The notes: generated by a model from the sequence alone, not told the origin. 64,000 nucleotides of DNA from Scyliorhinus canicula (GCF_902713615.1 NC_052155.1:172583828-172647827); one strand, 5' to 3'; numbered from the stretch's first letter, positions 51,235 through 62,902 are shown. Program-made: numbers and translations.

Positions 51235-51405
51235 AACAAAGAACAAAGAAATGTACAGCACAGGAACTGGCCCTTCGGCCCTCCAAGCCCGTGCGGACCA
51301 TGCTGCCCGACTACACTACAATCTTCTACACATCCTGGGTCCGTTTCCCTCTATTCCCATCCGATTCAGGTATTTGTCAAGATGCCCCTTAAATGTCACT
51401 ATCGT
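51235..51405 (-). mobile_element. CR1 3' end fragment
   Basis: (AACAAAG)n tail followed by GTACAGCACAGGAACTGGCCCTTCGGCCC. Confidence 0.75.
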
Positions 51406-51689
51406 CCGTGGTCGACAAATGCCCCCCCTCCCCTCTACAAGGAGGACCCCGCTCAAACAAATGGTTGAAGACAAACTTAAAGAATGCGTGCTTAAAACCT
51501 GACTCTTTTGCTGATTACTATGCCAATAATCTGGCATCCCATTATCCACCGGTGGTGAAGCGAACCAGGGGGCATGACATGACCCTGCTGGCTGCAAGGT
51601 AGGTCGGGTGAAGTGCCAGTGAGTTAAAGGGGGAACAACAAGGAAGGGATGAACCTGGCGCTAGGACAGTGTGGAGCAGGCATAGGGCA

Positions 51690-52290
51690 AGGTGGGCACG
51701 TCTTGGCTATCCGTGTGTGTGTGATCGGCGCAAGCGGGGCCTGCCGTGTGTGGAGCAGTTGAGTGCACGGCGGCGGCGGCAGGAGGCAGGCAAGTAGCGG
51801 TGTTTGACGGTCACTAGGGGCGGCGCGGTGGCATGCCGTACCTGAAGGGCGCGGCCGTGCCCTGGAGCCGGTTGGGGAGCGGAGCGGCGCGCGAGCCCCG
51901 GCGGCTTTCAAAGCGAGGAGCTCGAGCCCAGGACGGTTGGTGCGCCCGCAGGGCAGAGGCTCGCGGCGGGGGCGTCAGGCGCTCGCGCTGAGCGGAGGGG
52001 CCCCGCAGGTGAGAGGCGCGCGTGGCGGCGCGCGAGCGGGGTTGAGGGGGTGGGGAAGAGCGCGGACCGCCGACCGGCCTGGCCGCCGCCCGCCGGGGCC
52101 AAGGGAGGCAGCCGCTGGGCTCGGATCCGGCTCAGCGTTCCCTCTTCCCCCGCACGGCCTCCGCCATCAGCCGGGAGCTCGGGCACAAGGTGACACCAAT
52201 CCGGCTGCGTCGGTGAACACGTCCTGCTCAAATCAGACCCCTTACCCCACTGGCAGCTCTTTCCAAACACTGGCGGCGGCGGCGGTGGTG
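51690..52290 (+). promoter_or_regulatory. CpG island with probable non-coding first exon (donor after 52008)
   Basis: Very high GC and CpG content, no terminal repeats or repeat similarity, GGC repeats, GGGGCGG box, strong donor GCAG|GTGAGA. Confidence 0.7.
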
Positions 52291-52495
52291 GGGGGGGGGG
52301 GGGGGGGGGGGTGGATGCTGATGCTGCTGCCCCGGGGAAAGGGGGGGGGAGGGTTGGATCCGATCCTGGGCGTAGCATTGGGGAGAGAAACACCCTTCCC
52401 TAGGTGGGGTGGAAGAGGGGTCAAGGATGCTCTGGCCTAAGGGTGATGAAAGGGATCCTACCAACGTGTGGGGGCAGGAGGAATGGGGAGATGAG

Positions 52496-52790
52496 GGTGG
52501 CACGGTACCACAGTGGTTAGCGCTGTTGCTTCACAGCACCAGGGTCCCGGGCTTGATTCCTGGCTTGGGTCACTGTCTGTGTGGAGTCTGCACGTACTCC
52601 CCGTGTCTGCGTGGGTTTCCTCCGGGTGCTCCGGTTTCCTCCCACGAGCCCCGAAAGATGTGCTTGTTAGGTGAATTGGACATTCTGAATTCTCCCTCTG
52701 CGTACCCGAACAGGTGCCGGAATGTGGGAACTAGTAATGTCATTGCAGTGTTAATGTAAGCCTTGTAGCAATAATAAAGATTATTATCAT
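52496..52790 (+). mobile_element. HE1-headed SINE with an alternative tail
   Basis: HE1 head and body, then CCCGAACAGGTGCCGGAATGTGG...AATAAAGATTATTA, similar to the 3' part of the SINE at 18475. Confidence 0.8.
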
Positions 52791-52817
52791 CCTGCTGCCT
52801 CTGGGGTAAAGCGTGTA

Positions 52818-52977
52818 CTCTGCTGGGATGAGGGAGATCCTGGTCTCTGCTGGGATGGGGGAGATTCTGGTCTCTGCTGGGATGGGGGAGATCCTGGTCT
52901 CTGCTGGGATGGGGGAGATCCTGGTCTCTGCTGGGATGGGGGAGATTCTGGTCCTTGCTGGGATGGGGGAGATCCTG
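52818..52977. repeat. 27-bp minisatellite, about 6 copies
   Basis: Unit CTCTGCTGGGATGGGGGAGAT(C/T)CTGGT. Confidence 0.92.
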
Positions 52978-53730
52978 TATGAGATGCTGTGCGAGGAACC
53001 CTGCTCAGTGTCGGTATGGGTGGTGGTGGGAAGGGTGGCATGGATAAGCGTGGGAACCTGCCTATTGTGATGGGGAACGGGGGGAATCCTGCCTGTTGTG
53101 GGAGGAGAGATAGAGAGAAAAACTGGGACCATAACAATTAGGGAAGAGAGCGATTTTCCTCTGATAGGGTGGAGAAAAGATTGCCAAAGGGTAGAATTAT
53201 GCCGGGCAGAGAGAGAGGGATGATGTACGTCCCTTGTATCTGTTTTAGGAAGAGGAATGCTCTCCTGGGAAAAACCTGTTTGTCTTGTACCCGCAAAATG
53301 ATAATTTCAAATTCCCAAAGAACCTTTAACTCGCCATTTGACACAATAATTCTGCAGCTTCAGATCTGCTCAACCACAGCCTCACTTCTACCTCTGAACT
53401 TTTCCTGAGCAAAAACCCTTCCACTCTTCCTGTTTGTTTCAACTGGTACAGCTCACATCTTCACCCTCTTAAATACAGGGGATCCAGTGTTTATGGGCTG
53501 TAACTGTTTTAGTTATACATTGCAAGATCTCGCTGAATCAAAAGTAATATTGCATCTTGCTGTTCTCTCCCCAAACTGTTCACTATTCCAGGATCATCCT
53601 GGAGTGCAAAGATAACCCCTGGCTTCTCTTCCCCATGACAAACTTCCATAGTCATCTACCCACACCTCCAATGCTTTTGATGCATTTGTCACCAAGATTG
53701 GGATGTCAGTTCAGCTACGGCTGCTACTTT

Positions 53731-54076
53731 CATAGAATTTACAGTGCAGAAGGAGGCCATTCGGCCCATCGAGTCTGCACCGGCTCTTGGAAAGAGCACC
53801 CTACCCAAGGTCAACACCTCCACCCTATCCCCATAACCCAGTAACCCCACCCAATACTAAGGGCAATTTTGGACACTAAGGGCAATTTAGCATGGCCAAT
53901 CTACCTAACCTGCACATCTTTGGACTGTAGGAGGAAACCGGAGCACCCGGAGGAAACCCACGCACACACGGGGAGGATGTGCAGACTCCGCACAGACAGT
54001 GACCCAAGCCGGAATCGAACCTGGGACCCTGGAGCTGTGAAGCAATTGTGCTAGCCACAATGCTACCGTGCTTCCC
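53731..54076 (-). mobile_element. HE1 SINE, long form
   Basis: Near-identical in reverse to the 11437-11785 copy. Confidence 0.9.
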
Positions 54077-54764
54077 TTAGCCTATCAAACCAAATTTCCC
54101 CCAATATTCTGCATAGCCCAGCACTGAAATCATATTTTTCTAATTTCTCTCTAAACTCCCCTTCTGGCCTTTGAGCTTTGGCCCTCTTGTTAGCTGTTAC
54201 TGTAAATGGTTTCCTCTCGTGTACTGTTTCTGTCCACAGATATTGCCATTGGGATCACTTGAGGAAAAGTTAAGATTGTGTGGCTTCGGGGCTACCTCAT
54301 TATTAGCTTTTATCAAGCAAAACTCTTTTTTTCAAGCTCTTATGTCTAGTTACTGGACAAAAATCAATGAGCATTTGGCTGAAGTACTAAGACTGAAACT
54401 GTTGCATTTAGCAGTGTGAAGGGCTGGGCTAATTTAATTAACATCTGTTCACAAGTGCTATTCAGATTGAACTTTCTGCCAAATTTGTTCTTGGAACAAG
54501 CATCTTGGATTGCATGTGTTTATTTTTATTCATAGAATGCATCTCAACCTGAGTTCTCAAATTGCTCATAATGTGTGCTAAGCCATTGACTTTTCTGAAG
54601 ATTTCTTAAATGTTGGAATGTGGTAAGGCAGCAAGAAGTGATGATTTTGTTTTTGGATATCTGTTTGGCTCCAGTCGTTTGATAAGATATATTTCACATG
54701 AGGCATGTTACAAATGTTCTAGTGTTTGGATGAAGAGGCAAGCAACCCAACAACATACATGAAA

Positions 54765-54865
54765 AAGCAAAATATGACACATGCTGGGAATGTTTAGCAG
54801 GTCAGGCAGTATCTGTGAAGAGGGAAGCAGGGTTAACATTTCAGATCGATGACCTCTTCAGAAAC
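54765..54865 (-). mobile_element. Penelope-like pseudo-LTR remnant
   Basis: AGCAGGTCAGGCAGTATCTGTG...GTTAACATTTCAGATCGATGACCTCTTCAG. Confidence 0.6.
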
Positions 54866-54999
54866 GGGGGCCAGTATACCATTAAGTAACGGAGGGCAAA
54901 AAAGGATGTAGATGGGAAGAAACTGGGCAAGGGGAGAAACAGTAGAGTTGAGATATGAATAAATCAGTTCACTGAGAGAGGAACGCTAGGTCCAAAGAA

Positions 55000-55302
55000 T
55001 CCATTGAATTTGGTCCATCAAGTCTGCATCGACCCTCCGAAAGAGCATTCTACCTAGCTCACTTCCCCATCACCCTGTAACCCCAGCTAACCGTTGGACA
55101 CTAAGGGGCAATTTAACATGGCAAATCCACTTAACCTGTGCATTTTTGGACTATGGGAGGAAACCGGAGCTCCCGGAAGATACCCACGCAGACATGGGGA
55201 GAACGTGCAAACTCCACACAGACAGTCGCCAAAGCTGGAATCAAGCCCAGGTCCCTGCCACTGTGAGGCCGCAGTGCTAACCCCTGTGCCACTGTGCTGC
55301 CC
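55000..55302 (-). mobile_element. HE1 SINE, long form (older)
   Basis: Diverged head, core and tail. Confidence 0.8.
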
Positions 55303-55965
55303 ATGTCTACCAGGGCAGTTCTGTTTGTGGATCTTAGTAGGAGCGGACTGTTTAGATTTGGTGAATTACGAGGTTGAAGACAGTGGAGAGAAGGATCTCC
55401 AGAGGAGTTGATGCCAGTGATGTTTTGGAGATGATTGCTTGATGATTGGTGGTGGCATCATGATCCAGGAGGTGGAGGTAGGTCAGAGAGTAGGCATTCA
55501 GCCTCGACTAGGTAGAGATCGGTTCAGCAACATCCTAGTCAGCAGGTTTGATGATGCTGTTAGGGTTGGACCTGAGAGAACAGGAAATTCAGATGGAGAC
55601 AGGTATAGAGCGAGTGAATAGAATAGAGAAATGGAGAGGGCTGATATGTCACCCCCACCCCCGCAGTTCTTTAAAGAGGATAAAGAGGCAGCTGGAGGGA
55701 GAACATACATGTATACAAAATAGAAGCAGAGGTAGGCTATTTGGTCCCTTGAGCCTGCTCCACCATTCAGTAAGATCAGGACTGATCTGTATTTGGAATT
55801 CCACATTCCTACTAACCCTATTGATTTCCTTACCTAACAAGAATCTATCTACTTCTGCCTTAGAAATATTCAAAGACCTTCACCTTCTCTGCTTTCTGAG
55901 GCAGTGAGTTCCAAAGATGCTCAACCCTCAGAGAAAAAAATTCTCCCCACCTCTGACCTAAAAGT

Positions 55966-56185
55966 AAGAAGTCTTAAAACACCAGGTTAAAGTCCAACAG
56001 GTTTGTTTCAAATCACCTAGCTTTCGGAGCACTACACCTTCCTCAGGTGAATGCATGAATCATAAAAAGGAGCAGTGCTCTGAAAGCTAGTGATTTGAAA
56101 CAAACATGTTGGACTTTAACCTGGTGTTGTAAGACTTCTTATTGTGCTCACCCCAGTCCAATGCTGGCATCTCTGTATCATGGCT
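55966..56185. mobile_element. Penelope-like element fragment with inverted pseudo-LTR arms
   Basis: Arms of about 75 bp: AAGAAGTCTTA.AACACCAGGTTAAAGTCCAACA... / ...TGTTGGACTTTAACCTGGTGTTGTAAGACTTCTT. Confidence 0.75.
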
Positions 56186-57794
56186 GTCCTAAAAGGACAA
56201 CCACTAATTTTGAAACAGTGTCCCCTAGTTCTGGACTCACCCAAAAGAGAAAACAATCGTTCCACATCCACCTTGTCAGTACCATTCAGGATCTTATATA
56301 CTTCATCATCAAGTCACCCCTCACTCTTCTAAACTCCAGTGGGAACAAACTCAGTCTAACCTTTGATAAGACAACCTGCTTGTTCCAGGTGTCAATCTAG
56401 TAAACCTGCTCTGAACCGTGTCCATTGCATTTACATTCTTTCTTAAATAAGGAAGCCAAAACTGCATACAATATTTGAAATGTGGTCTCACCATTGCCTT
56501 TTATAACTGAAACATAACATCCTTATTTTTATGTTCAATTCCTCTTATTAATAAAGGATAGTATTCCATTAACCTGCTTGATTACATGCTGCACCTGCAT
56601 ACTAACTTTTTATGACTCCTGCATTATAACATCTAGATCCCTCTGCATCTCGGAATTCTGCAACCGTTCTCCTTTTAAGTAATACTCTTTTTTAAAATTC
56701 TTGCCATTTTCTCACATTATACTCCCATCTGCCCTATTTTTACCCACTCGTCAACCTATCTATATCCGTCTGCAACCTCCCTATGTCTGCTTCACAGCAT
56801 ACTTTCCTACCTATGTTTGTGTCGCCTGCATATTTAGCTACCATGTCTTCACTTCCTTCATCTGAGTCATTGATGTAAATTCTAAAAAGTTGAGGCCCCA
56901 GTACAGACTCCTGCAGACTCCTCTCATCACATTCTGTCATTCAGAAAAAGACTAATTTAAGTCAAGTACAGCACATCCACATGCTCCCCTTTATCCACAG
57001 CACATGTGACTCCTTCAACGAACTACAACACATTGGGTAAGCATTATTTCCCTTTCTAAAATGATGCTGACTTTTCCCGATTACCTGGAGTTTCTCCAAG
57101 TGTCTAGCTAAAACCTCCTTAATGACTTATTCTAACACCTTCCCCACAACAGACCGCAAGCTAATGGGCCCATAGTTTCCTGCTTTCTGTCTCTCATCCT
57201 TCTTGGAGAGGGGTTATATTTTCTATTTCCAGACTGATGGAACTGTTTCAGAATCTCGGGAGTTTTGGAAAATGAACACCAATACATCAACTACCTGTTA
57301 AGCAACCTCTTTTAAGACCCTAGGTTGAAGTTGATTAGGAACCGACTTGTCAGCTGCAACTCCAAACAATTTGCTGAGTACTGCTTTGTTAATGATTGTA
57401 ATTTCACCAAGTTCTCCTCTCCCTTCCACCCCAATTTGTAGGTTTTACGGGCATGTTTTGCATCCTCTATAGTTAAGGCAGAAGCAAAATATTTGTTAAC
57501 TTCATATGCAATTTCCTTATTATCTATTATTAACTCCCATTGTCATTCTCTAGAGGACCAACATTCACTTTATTTACCCTTATCCTTTTTAAATACCAGT
57601 AGAAACTCTTGCTATCGTATCCATTTTTACGTTTCTAGCTCACTCCCTCTCATACTCTTAATTTATTTCTCCTGATTAACCTTTTAGTCAATCTCTGTTG
57701 TTCTTTATATTCTGACCAATCGTCTGACATGCCACTCACCTTTATGCCCTTATGCTTTTCCTTAAGTTTGATGCTTTCCTTCTTTTTTTTTTTT

Positions 57795-58012
57795 ATAAAT
57801 TTAGATTACCCAATTATTTTTTTCTATTAAGGGGCAATTTAGCGTGGCCAATCCACCTACTCTGCACATTTTTGGGTTGTGGGGGCGAAACCCACGCAGA
57901 CACGGGGAGAATGTGCAAACTCCACACGGACAGTGACCCAGAGCCGGGATCGAACCTGGGACCTCAGTGCCGTGAGGCGGTTGTGCTAACCACTAGGCCA
58001 CCATGCTGCCCC
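57795..58012 (-). mobile_element. HE1-related SINE, short form
   Basis: TSD GATGCTTTCCTTCTTT. Confidence 0.9.
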
Positions 58013-58259
58013 GATGCTTTCCTTCTTTAGTTAACCATGGATGATGGGCCCTCCCTTAGAATGTTTCTTTATAGTCGGAATATACTTAATCTGTGTATTC
58101 TGAAATACCCCCGTAAATGTCTGCTCCTGCTTCTCTACTGATCTATCGTCTAGCCTAGTATCCCAGTTCACTTCAGGTAGCTCAGCCTTCATACCTACAT
58201 AGTTACCCTTATTTAAGTTTATAATACAAGCCTTAGAGCTCAGTTTGTTGGTGCAGGAA

Positions 58260-58800
58260 GATGACTCATGGGTCAGGGCAGCATTTTTAAATGCCGCCCT
58301 AATCCTTCGACTCTTTCTCCTCTCTCTCTCCCCCCACCTTCTGCTCCTCCATTGCAGACTGCGGACCTCCCCACTGCCCCAAACCTCTTTGGGGTCCTTG
58401 AGCACCCCCTTCTCACCCCACCTCTTAAGGGCTGGGCACCCCTGGGCTGATCACTAGCATGGGCACCCTGGCCCCTTGGCACTGCCAGTTTGCGGCAGTG
58501 CCAAGGTGCTTGGGTGCCAGTGGGAGTGCCAGAGTACCACCCTGCCCAGAGCCTGACCACCCAGGGCTCTCTAATGGCCTGGGAGACCCACCCAGGTACA
58601 GTTATGGCTGCTCCACGTTTGTGTGGACCAATACTAAACGGTGCCCTGGTGAGGGCTCCCACGTAAGGCCGTTAGTTCCCGGGCCTCAGGAGAATCCAGC
58701 ATAGACATATTTAAATTACCCGAAAGACTTACTTAAATATGTTAATTTGGATCATGCCCAGTGGGGCAAGATCCAGGTTGCGAGACCTCGTTAGATCTCA
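58260..58800. mobile_element. Non-autonomous Harbinger-type fragment
   Basis: Alignable by eye to 40670-41070. Confidence 0.55.
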
Positions 58801-59555
58801 AGTTCCCCCACAACCCAAAGATGTGCAGGGTAGATGAATTGGCCATATCTTTTTAATAAAACAGTAAAAAAAATATATACAAGGCCAAACAGTACATACA
58901 CTAATTTCGTTTTGGAGAAACAGGGTACCCTCTCCTCAGTATCAGCGTACGGGGAGGGAGGGGGGGGGGGGGGGGGAGACAGATTATTAAAACAGTTCAC
59001 AACAGTTGTACTAAAAAAAAGGTACATGCACTAAACTTTGCGCTGGAGAGACCAGACTCCTCGCCTCTATACCAACAGGAGGGAAAGGAAGGTGGGTAGT
59101 GGGGAGAGAGGGGAAAGGAGGGTGGTGGGGAGGAAGGGAGTCGGGGTGTTGGTGGAGGGGGGGCAATAGGACACTGCCCGAAGATGGAATGACCAAGCTA
59201 AATTGCCTCTTGGGGAAACAAAAAATTTAGTTACACTTCATCCAACAATGCAATCTTTTTCAAGGGTTTTAACAACAAAATGAGAACATAACAAGTGGAA
59301 ATTCACATTAGTTCCGTGGTTTTATTTTGTTTAATTGATTCCTTTTGCAAAGACGTCTTCTCCCACTATGAAAGATTGGGGAATCAGTGACAGCAATTTC
59401 TCGATTTCTGCATTTAATTGGGTATGGTTGGATGTCAGATGTTGCTGTCAGTTTCACAGAATAATTAAAGCAAACACTAACTGTTATTCTGTCATTATAA
59501 CTGAAATCCAGACCAGTATATTTAGAAATGAATAATGGAACAAGACATATCGATT

Positions 59556-59757
59556 TTTGCCTCACGACGCTGAGATCCCAGGTTCGATCACGGCTCTGGG
59601 TCACTGTCTGTGTGGAGTTTGCACATTCTCCCCGTGTTTGCATGGGTTTTGCCCCCACAACCCAAAGATGTGCAGGGTACGTGGATTGGCCACGCTAAAA
59701 ATAGCCCCTTAATTGGAAAAACGAATTGTGTACTAGAAATTTTGAATTTAAAAAAAA
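59556..59757 (+). mobile_element. HE1-related SINE, short form
   Basis: Flanking repeat CATATCGATT; head slightly truncated. Confidence 0.85.
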
Positions 59758-59904
59758 TCATATCGATTAAATGATGAGTAATGAGCTAGAATAGGGGAAA
59801 ATCTTGCAAAGAAGAGAGAGTCCAAAACCAAGTTTTTAAAGTAAACAAAATTTTGAAAGGGATGAGGCACAACTAGGCTGACTTTTTAAAAAAAAATTTA
59901 AAAA

Positions 59905-60022
59905 TAAATTTAGAGTACCCAATTAATTTTTTCCAATTAAGGAGCAATTTAGCGTGGCCAATCCACCTAACCTGCACATCTTTGGGTTGTTGGGGCGAAA
60001 CCCACGCAGACACGGGGAGAAT
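59905..60022 (-). mobile_element. HE1-related SINE, 3' half
   Basis: Core and tail only. Confidence 0.8.
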
Positions 60023-60303
60023 GACTCGGCTGACTTATTGAGAACATTTACAAATAGTGAGAAGTGTTCAAACAAGTATGTGGTGTGATACAAAACCAGT
60101 ACATATCCCTAAAAGCTAAATTTGTGTCGTTAAGCCCCATTTGTGTAGTTAATCAACCAGAGTGAACAACTGATATCATTAACTTATTAAAGTAAAAGCT
60201 TAAACACAAAGGAAAGAATGGAACTCCATCAGGCTGGAAGAGCTGTGCAAATACAATGAATAAATAGAGGTTAAAAAGGGATGTGGATCCTTAAAAGACA
60301 ATT

Positions 60304-60625
60304 GGCACAGTTGCTTCACAGCTCCAGGGTCCCAGGTTCGATTCCCAGCTAGGGCCACTCTCTGTGGAGTCTGCACATTCTCTCCATGTGTGCACGGGTT
60401 TCCTCCGGGTGCTCCGGGTTTCCTCCCACAGTCCAAAGATGTGCAGGTTAGGTGGATTGGCCATTCTAAATTGCCCTTAGTGTCCAAAAAGGTTAGGTGG
60501 TGTTACTGGGTTACGGGAGTAAAGTGGATAGGGTGAAGGCGTGGGGCTTAAGCAGGGTGCTCTTTCCAAGGGCCGGTGCAGACTCGATGGGCTGAATGGC
60601 CTCCTTCTGCACCATAAATTCTATG
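60304..60625 (+). mobile_element. HE1 SINE, long form
   Basis: Head, core and CR1-type tail. Confidence 0.88.
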
Positions 60626-60689
60626 TCTCTCTGATGCATGTAAGACTGTATATGGGCAAAATAAATAAATGTTAGCATCGTTGATGATG

Positions 60690-61925
60690 TATTTTGGACC
60701 TGATTCACACTACAGAAAGTGGACAAAATGCCACTGGTACCAGTAAACCTAGAAATGAGTCAATGGGAGGAACTTGAAGTAATCAATATATGTTTTTAAA
60801 AACAGTAATAGAGAAAATAATAGGACTTAAGATAGACAAGTCCCCGGTATCTAATGGTTTCCATCACAGGGAACTAAAATAAATTGCAGAATGCATTAGC
60901 CATACATTTCCAGAATGCTCAAAATCTGGGAATTGAGCTTTTAGAATTAGAAAATTGAAAATGTCACCCTGTAATCTAAGAGACGGAAGGAAAAATCGGT
61001 TAACCTACAGACCTTTAAGTTTAACTTCAGTTGTGGGGAATTACTGAAATCTATTATCAGGGATGGAGTGACTGAGCACTGGAATAAGTATGAGCTCATC
61101 AATGAGAGTCAGCATGGATCTGTGAAGGAATCTTACTGATCTAGTTACATTTTTGAGGCAGTCACTAACATGATCATTTGAGAAGCATTATTGGATGTTG
61201 TCTTTCTGGGTTTCCAGAATGTGTGTGAAGATTATTAGTAAAAATTATAATACACCAAATTGATGGCAGCCTTATAACATGTGTTGGCAATTGGTCATGG
61301 AGTAGGGAAGAGAGAGAATGGGATAAAGTAAATAATGTTGAATTGACAGGATGTGGGTTACAGTTTCCAGGGATTTATACTGAGGCTTTACTTTGTTCTT
61401 AGTAATGACTTAGAACTGAGAGTTGTCAAACCGTGTTTGCAGATGGCACTAAGTTAGGATGAACAGCAGGTTGTGTAGAATGGAAGATTGAGAGGGCAAA
61501 CTGGTAGATGGAGTTCAATATAGAAAGGTGTGAGGTCATGCACTTTGGATTAAAGAGAGACAAATGTGCATACTTTCTTAAGGGTGAAAGCAAAGGGATT
61601 TAGAGTTCTTATATTATGCCCTTGTCACAAAAAGCTAATGAATAGATATAAAAAGAAATCAAAAATGTTAATTGCCTTTATGTTGGATGTGTTAGAACTC
61701 GCAAAAAAGGATGTTATTCTGCAGTTCTACAAAGCCATGGTCAGACGTAATCTAAAGCACTCTGCGTTCAGATTTGGGTGCCACAATTGGGAAAATATAT
61801 TTACCCTTGAGGGGCCTGAATCCTGGACTAGATAAAGTTGGATTCGAGGCAGCTTGTATAGAGCAACACACTGAATGGGTCATTTTGGGTCAAATGGCTT
61901 TATTCTGTGCTATAAATTCTATGTA
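60690..61925 (+). mobile_element. Old CR1 ORF2 fragment
   Basis: Degenerate DKSP, NYRP.SLTS, FAD.TKLG and MEFN...CEVMHFG motifs. Confidence 0.7.
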
Positions 61926-62868
61926 ATTGATTTGGTTTACATTCTCTTAATTCCATTTTGCATTTGGTTTTGGTTTGATAATACTTTTTAATGCATAAAT
62001 TTAACGTAACATTTAAAAAAATCCAAAATGTTTCTACAATGGCTACTTAGTCATTCTCTCACCCAAGCGTGTTCAAGTTTTTTCATGCCTGTGGGTTACA
62101 TATAAAGTTGGAAAAGTGTTTCAGTTAACTTGCACATATTTCAAACTCTAAATACTAATCAATCGGGTTTGGGACTAACAGTGTACTGAAGATTTTCTGC
62201 TCTTAAAAATTTGACTTGTCCAATATTTTGAATTAAGCAACATAAATAAATGGCAAAGTAGGTAATTGATGGCAAAATTATATTGTTGCAAATCACAGAA
62301 TGATACCGAACAAATAAAAGTTAAAACGTCTGATGGCTCAAACCAGTGAAAAATGTTAATTTCTTTATCCATCTGCCCTATAGTCTTTCAATGTCTAACC
62401 ACAGACCATTTGGCTTATTCGAAGTGGCTACCAGGTCTTGCTCCCATTGACAACCTGAGTATTCTCCAGACTCTCTTACCCCTTGCCATTGCAGTCCCAT
62501 CTCAAGCTTGACGTCTAATCACTCAGGCCCATTTTCTACCTGACTGATGACAATATCAACATTATCATGTAAATTTAGTCTGCCTCAAAAACTGCACAGG
62601 CTTCACTGGGAAAGTTTCCAAACACACCTGTGCAGTCTGACCATATACAGCGCACAATCTGTGCATCAGAATGTGCTAAAATAGAAAGATGGCCTCTCTT
62701 GCCCAGTATTTGCAACTTTATTTGCTTTTCCCTAAAGATTTGGAAGCAAACAAATGATCAAATTCTCAAAACTTTGCTTTAGACTGTCTGACATTTATTT
62801 TAATCTTCTGAGACCCTTCTTACAGTTGGAAGAAATGGAATATCATTTAGCTCCCTTTGTTATAACAG

Positions 62869-62902
62869 GGTGATAAATATTGCAGCTGCTGCTATGGCGA
62901 AA
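62869..62902 (+). CDS. Candidate translation-start exon (ATG at 62894, M-A-K then intron) of the CpG-island gene; identity unknown
   Basis: Acceptor CTCCCTTTGTTATAACAG|, strong Kozak GCTGCTATGG, donor AAA|GTAAGA, in non-repetitive sequence. Confidence 0.35.

Larger units (their letters stand above)
55700..58220 (-). mobile_element. Old CR1 ORF2 fragment with inserts
   Basis: QESVLGPQLFRIYIND, KYAGDTNIG, KGNYVGMKAEL; CR1 tail at about 55720-55800. Confidence 0.75.

Noticed and set aside
51624-52503. Overlapping 90-167 aa ORFs on both strands
   Set aside because: Low-complexity translations of a CpG island with no recognisable domain
52740-53137. Repeat proteins (RISPIPAET)n and (SAGMGEILV)n; possible CRISPR-like array
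   Set aside because: A simple 27-bp minisatellite with no unique spacers, in eukaryotic DNA
62894-62902. Naming the downstream gene, for example an annexin with a 3-codon start exon
   Set aside because: Three codons cannot identify a gene, and no further coding exon was recognisable in the window
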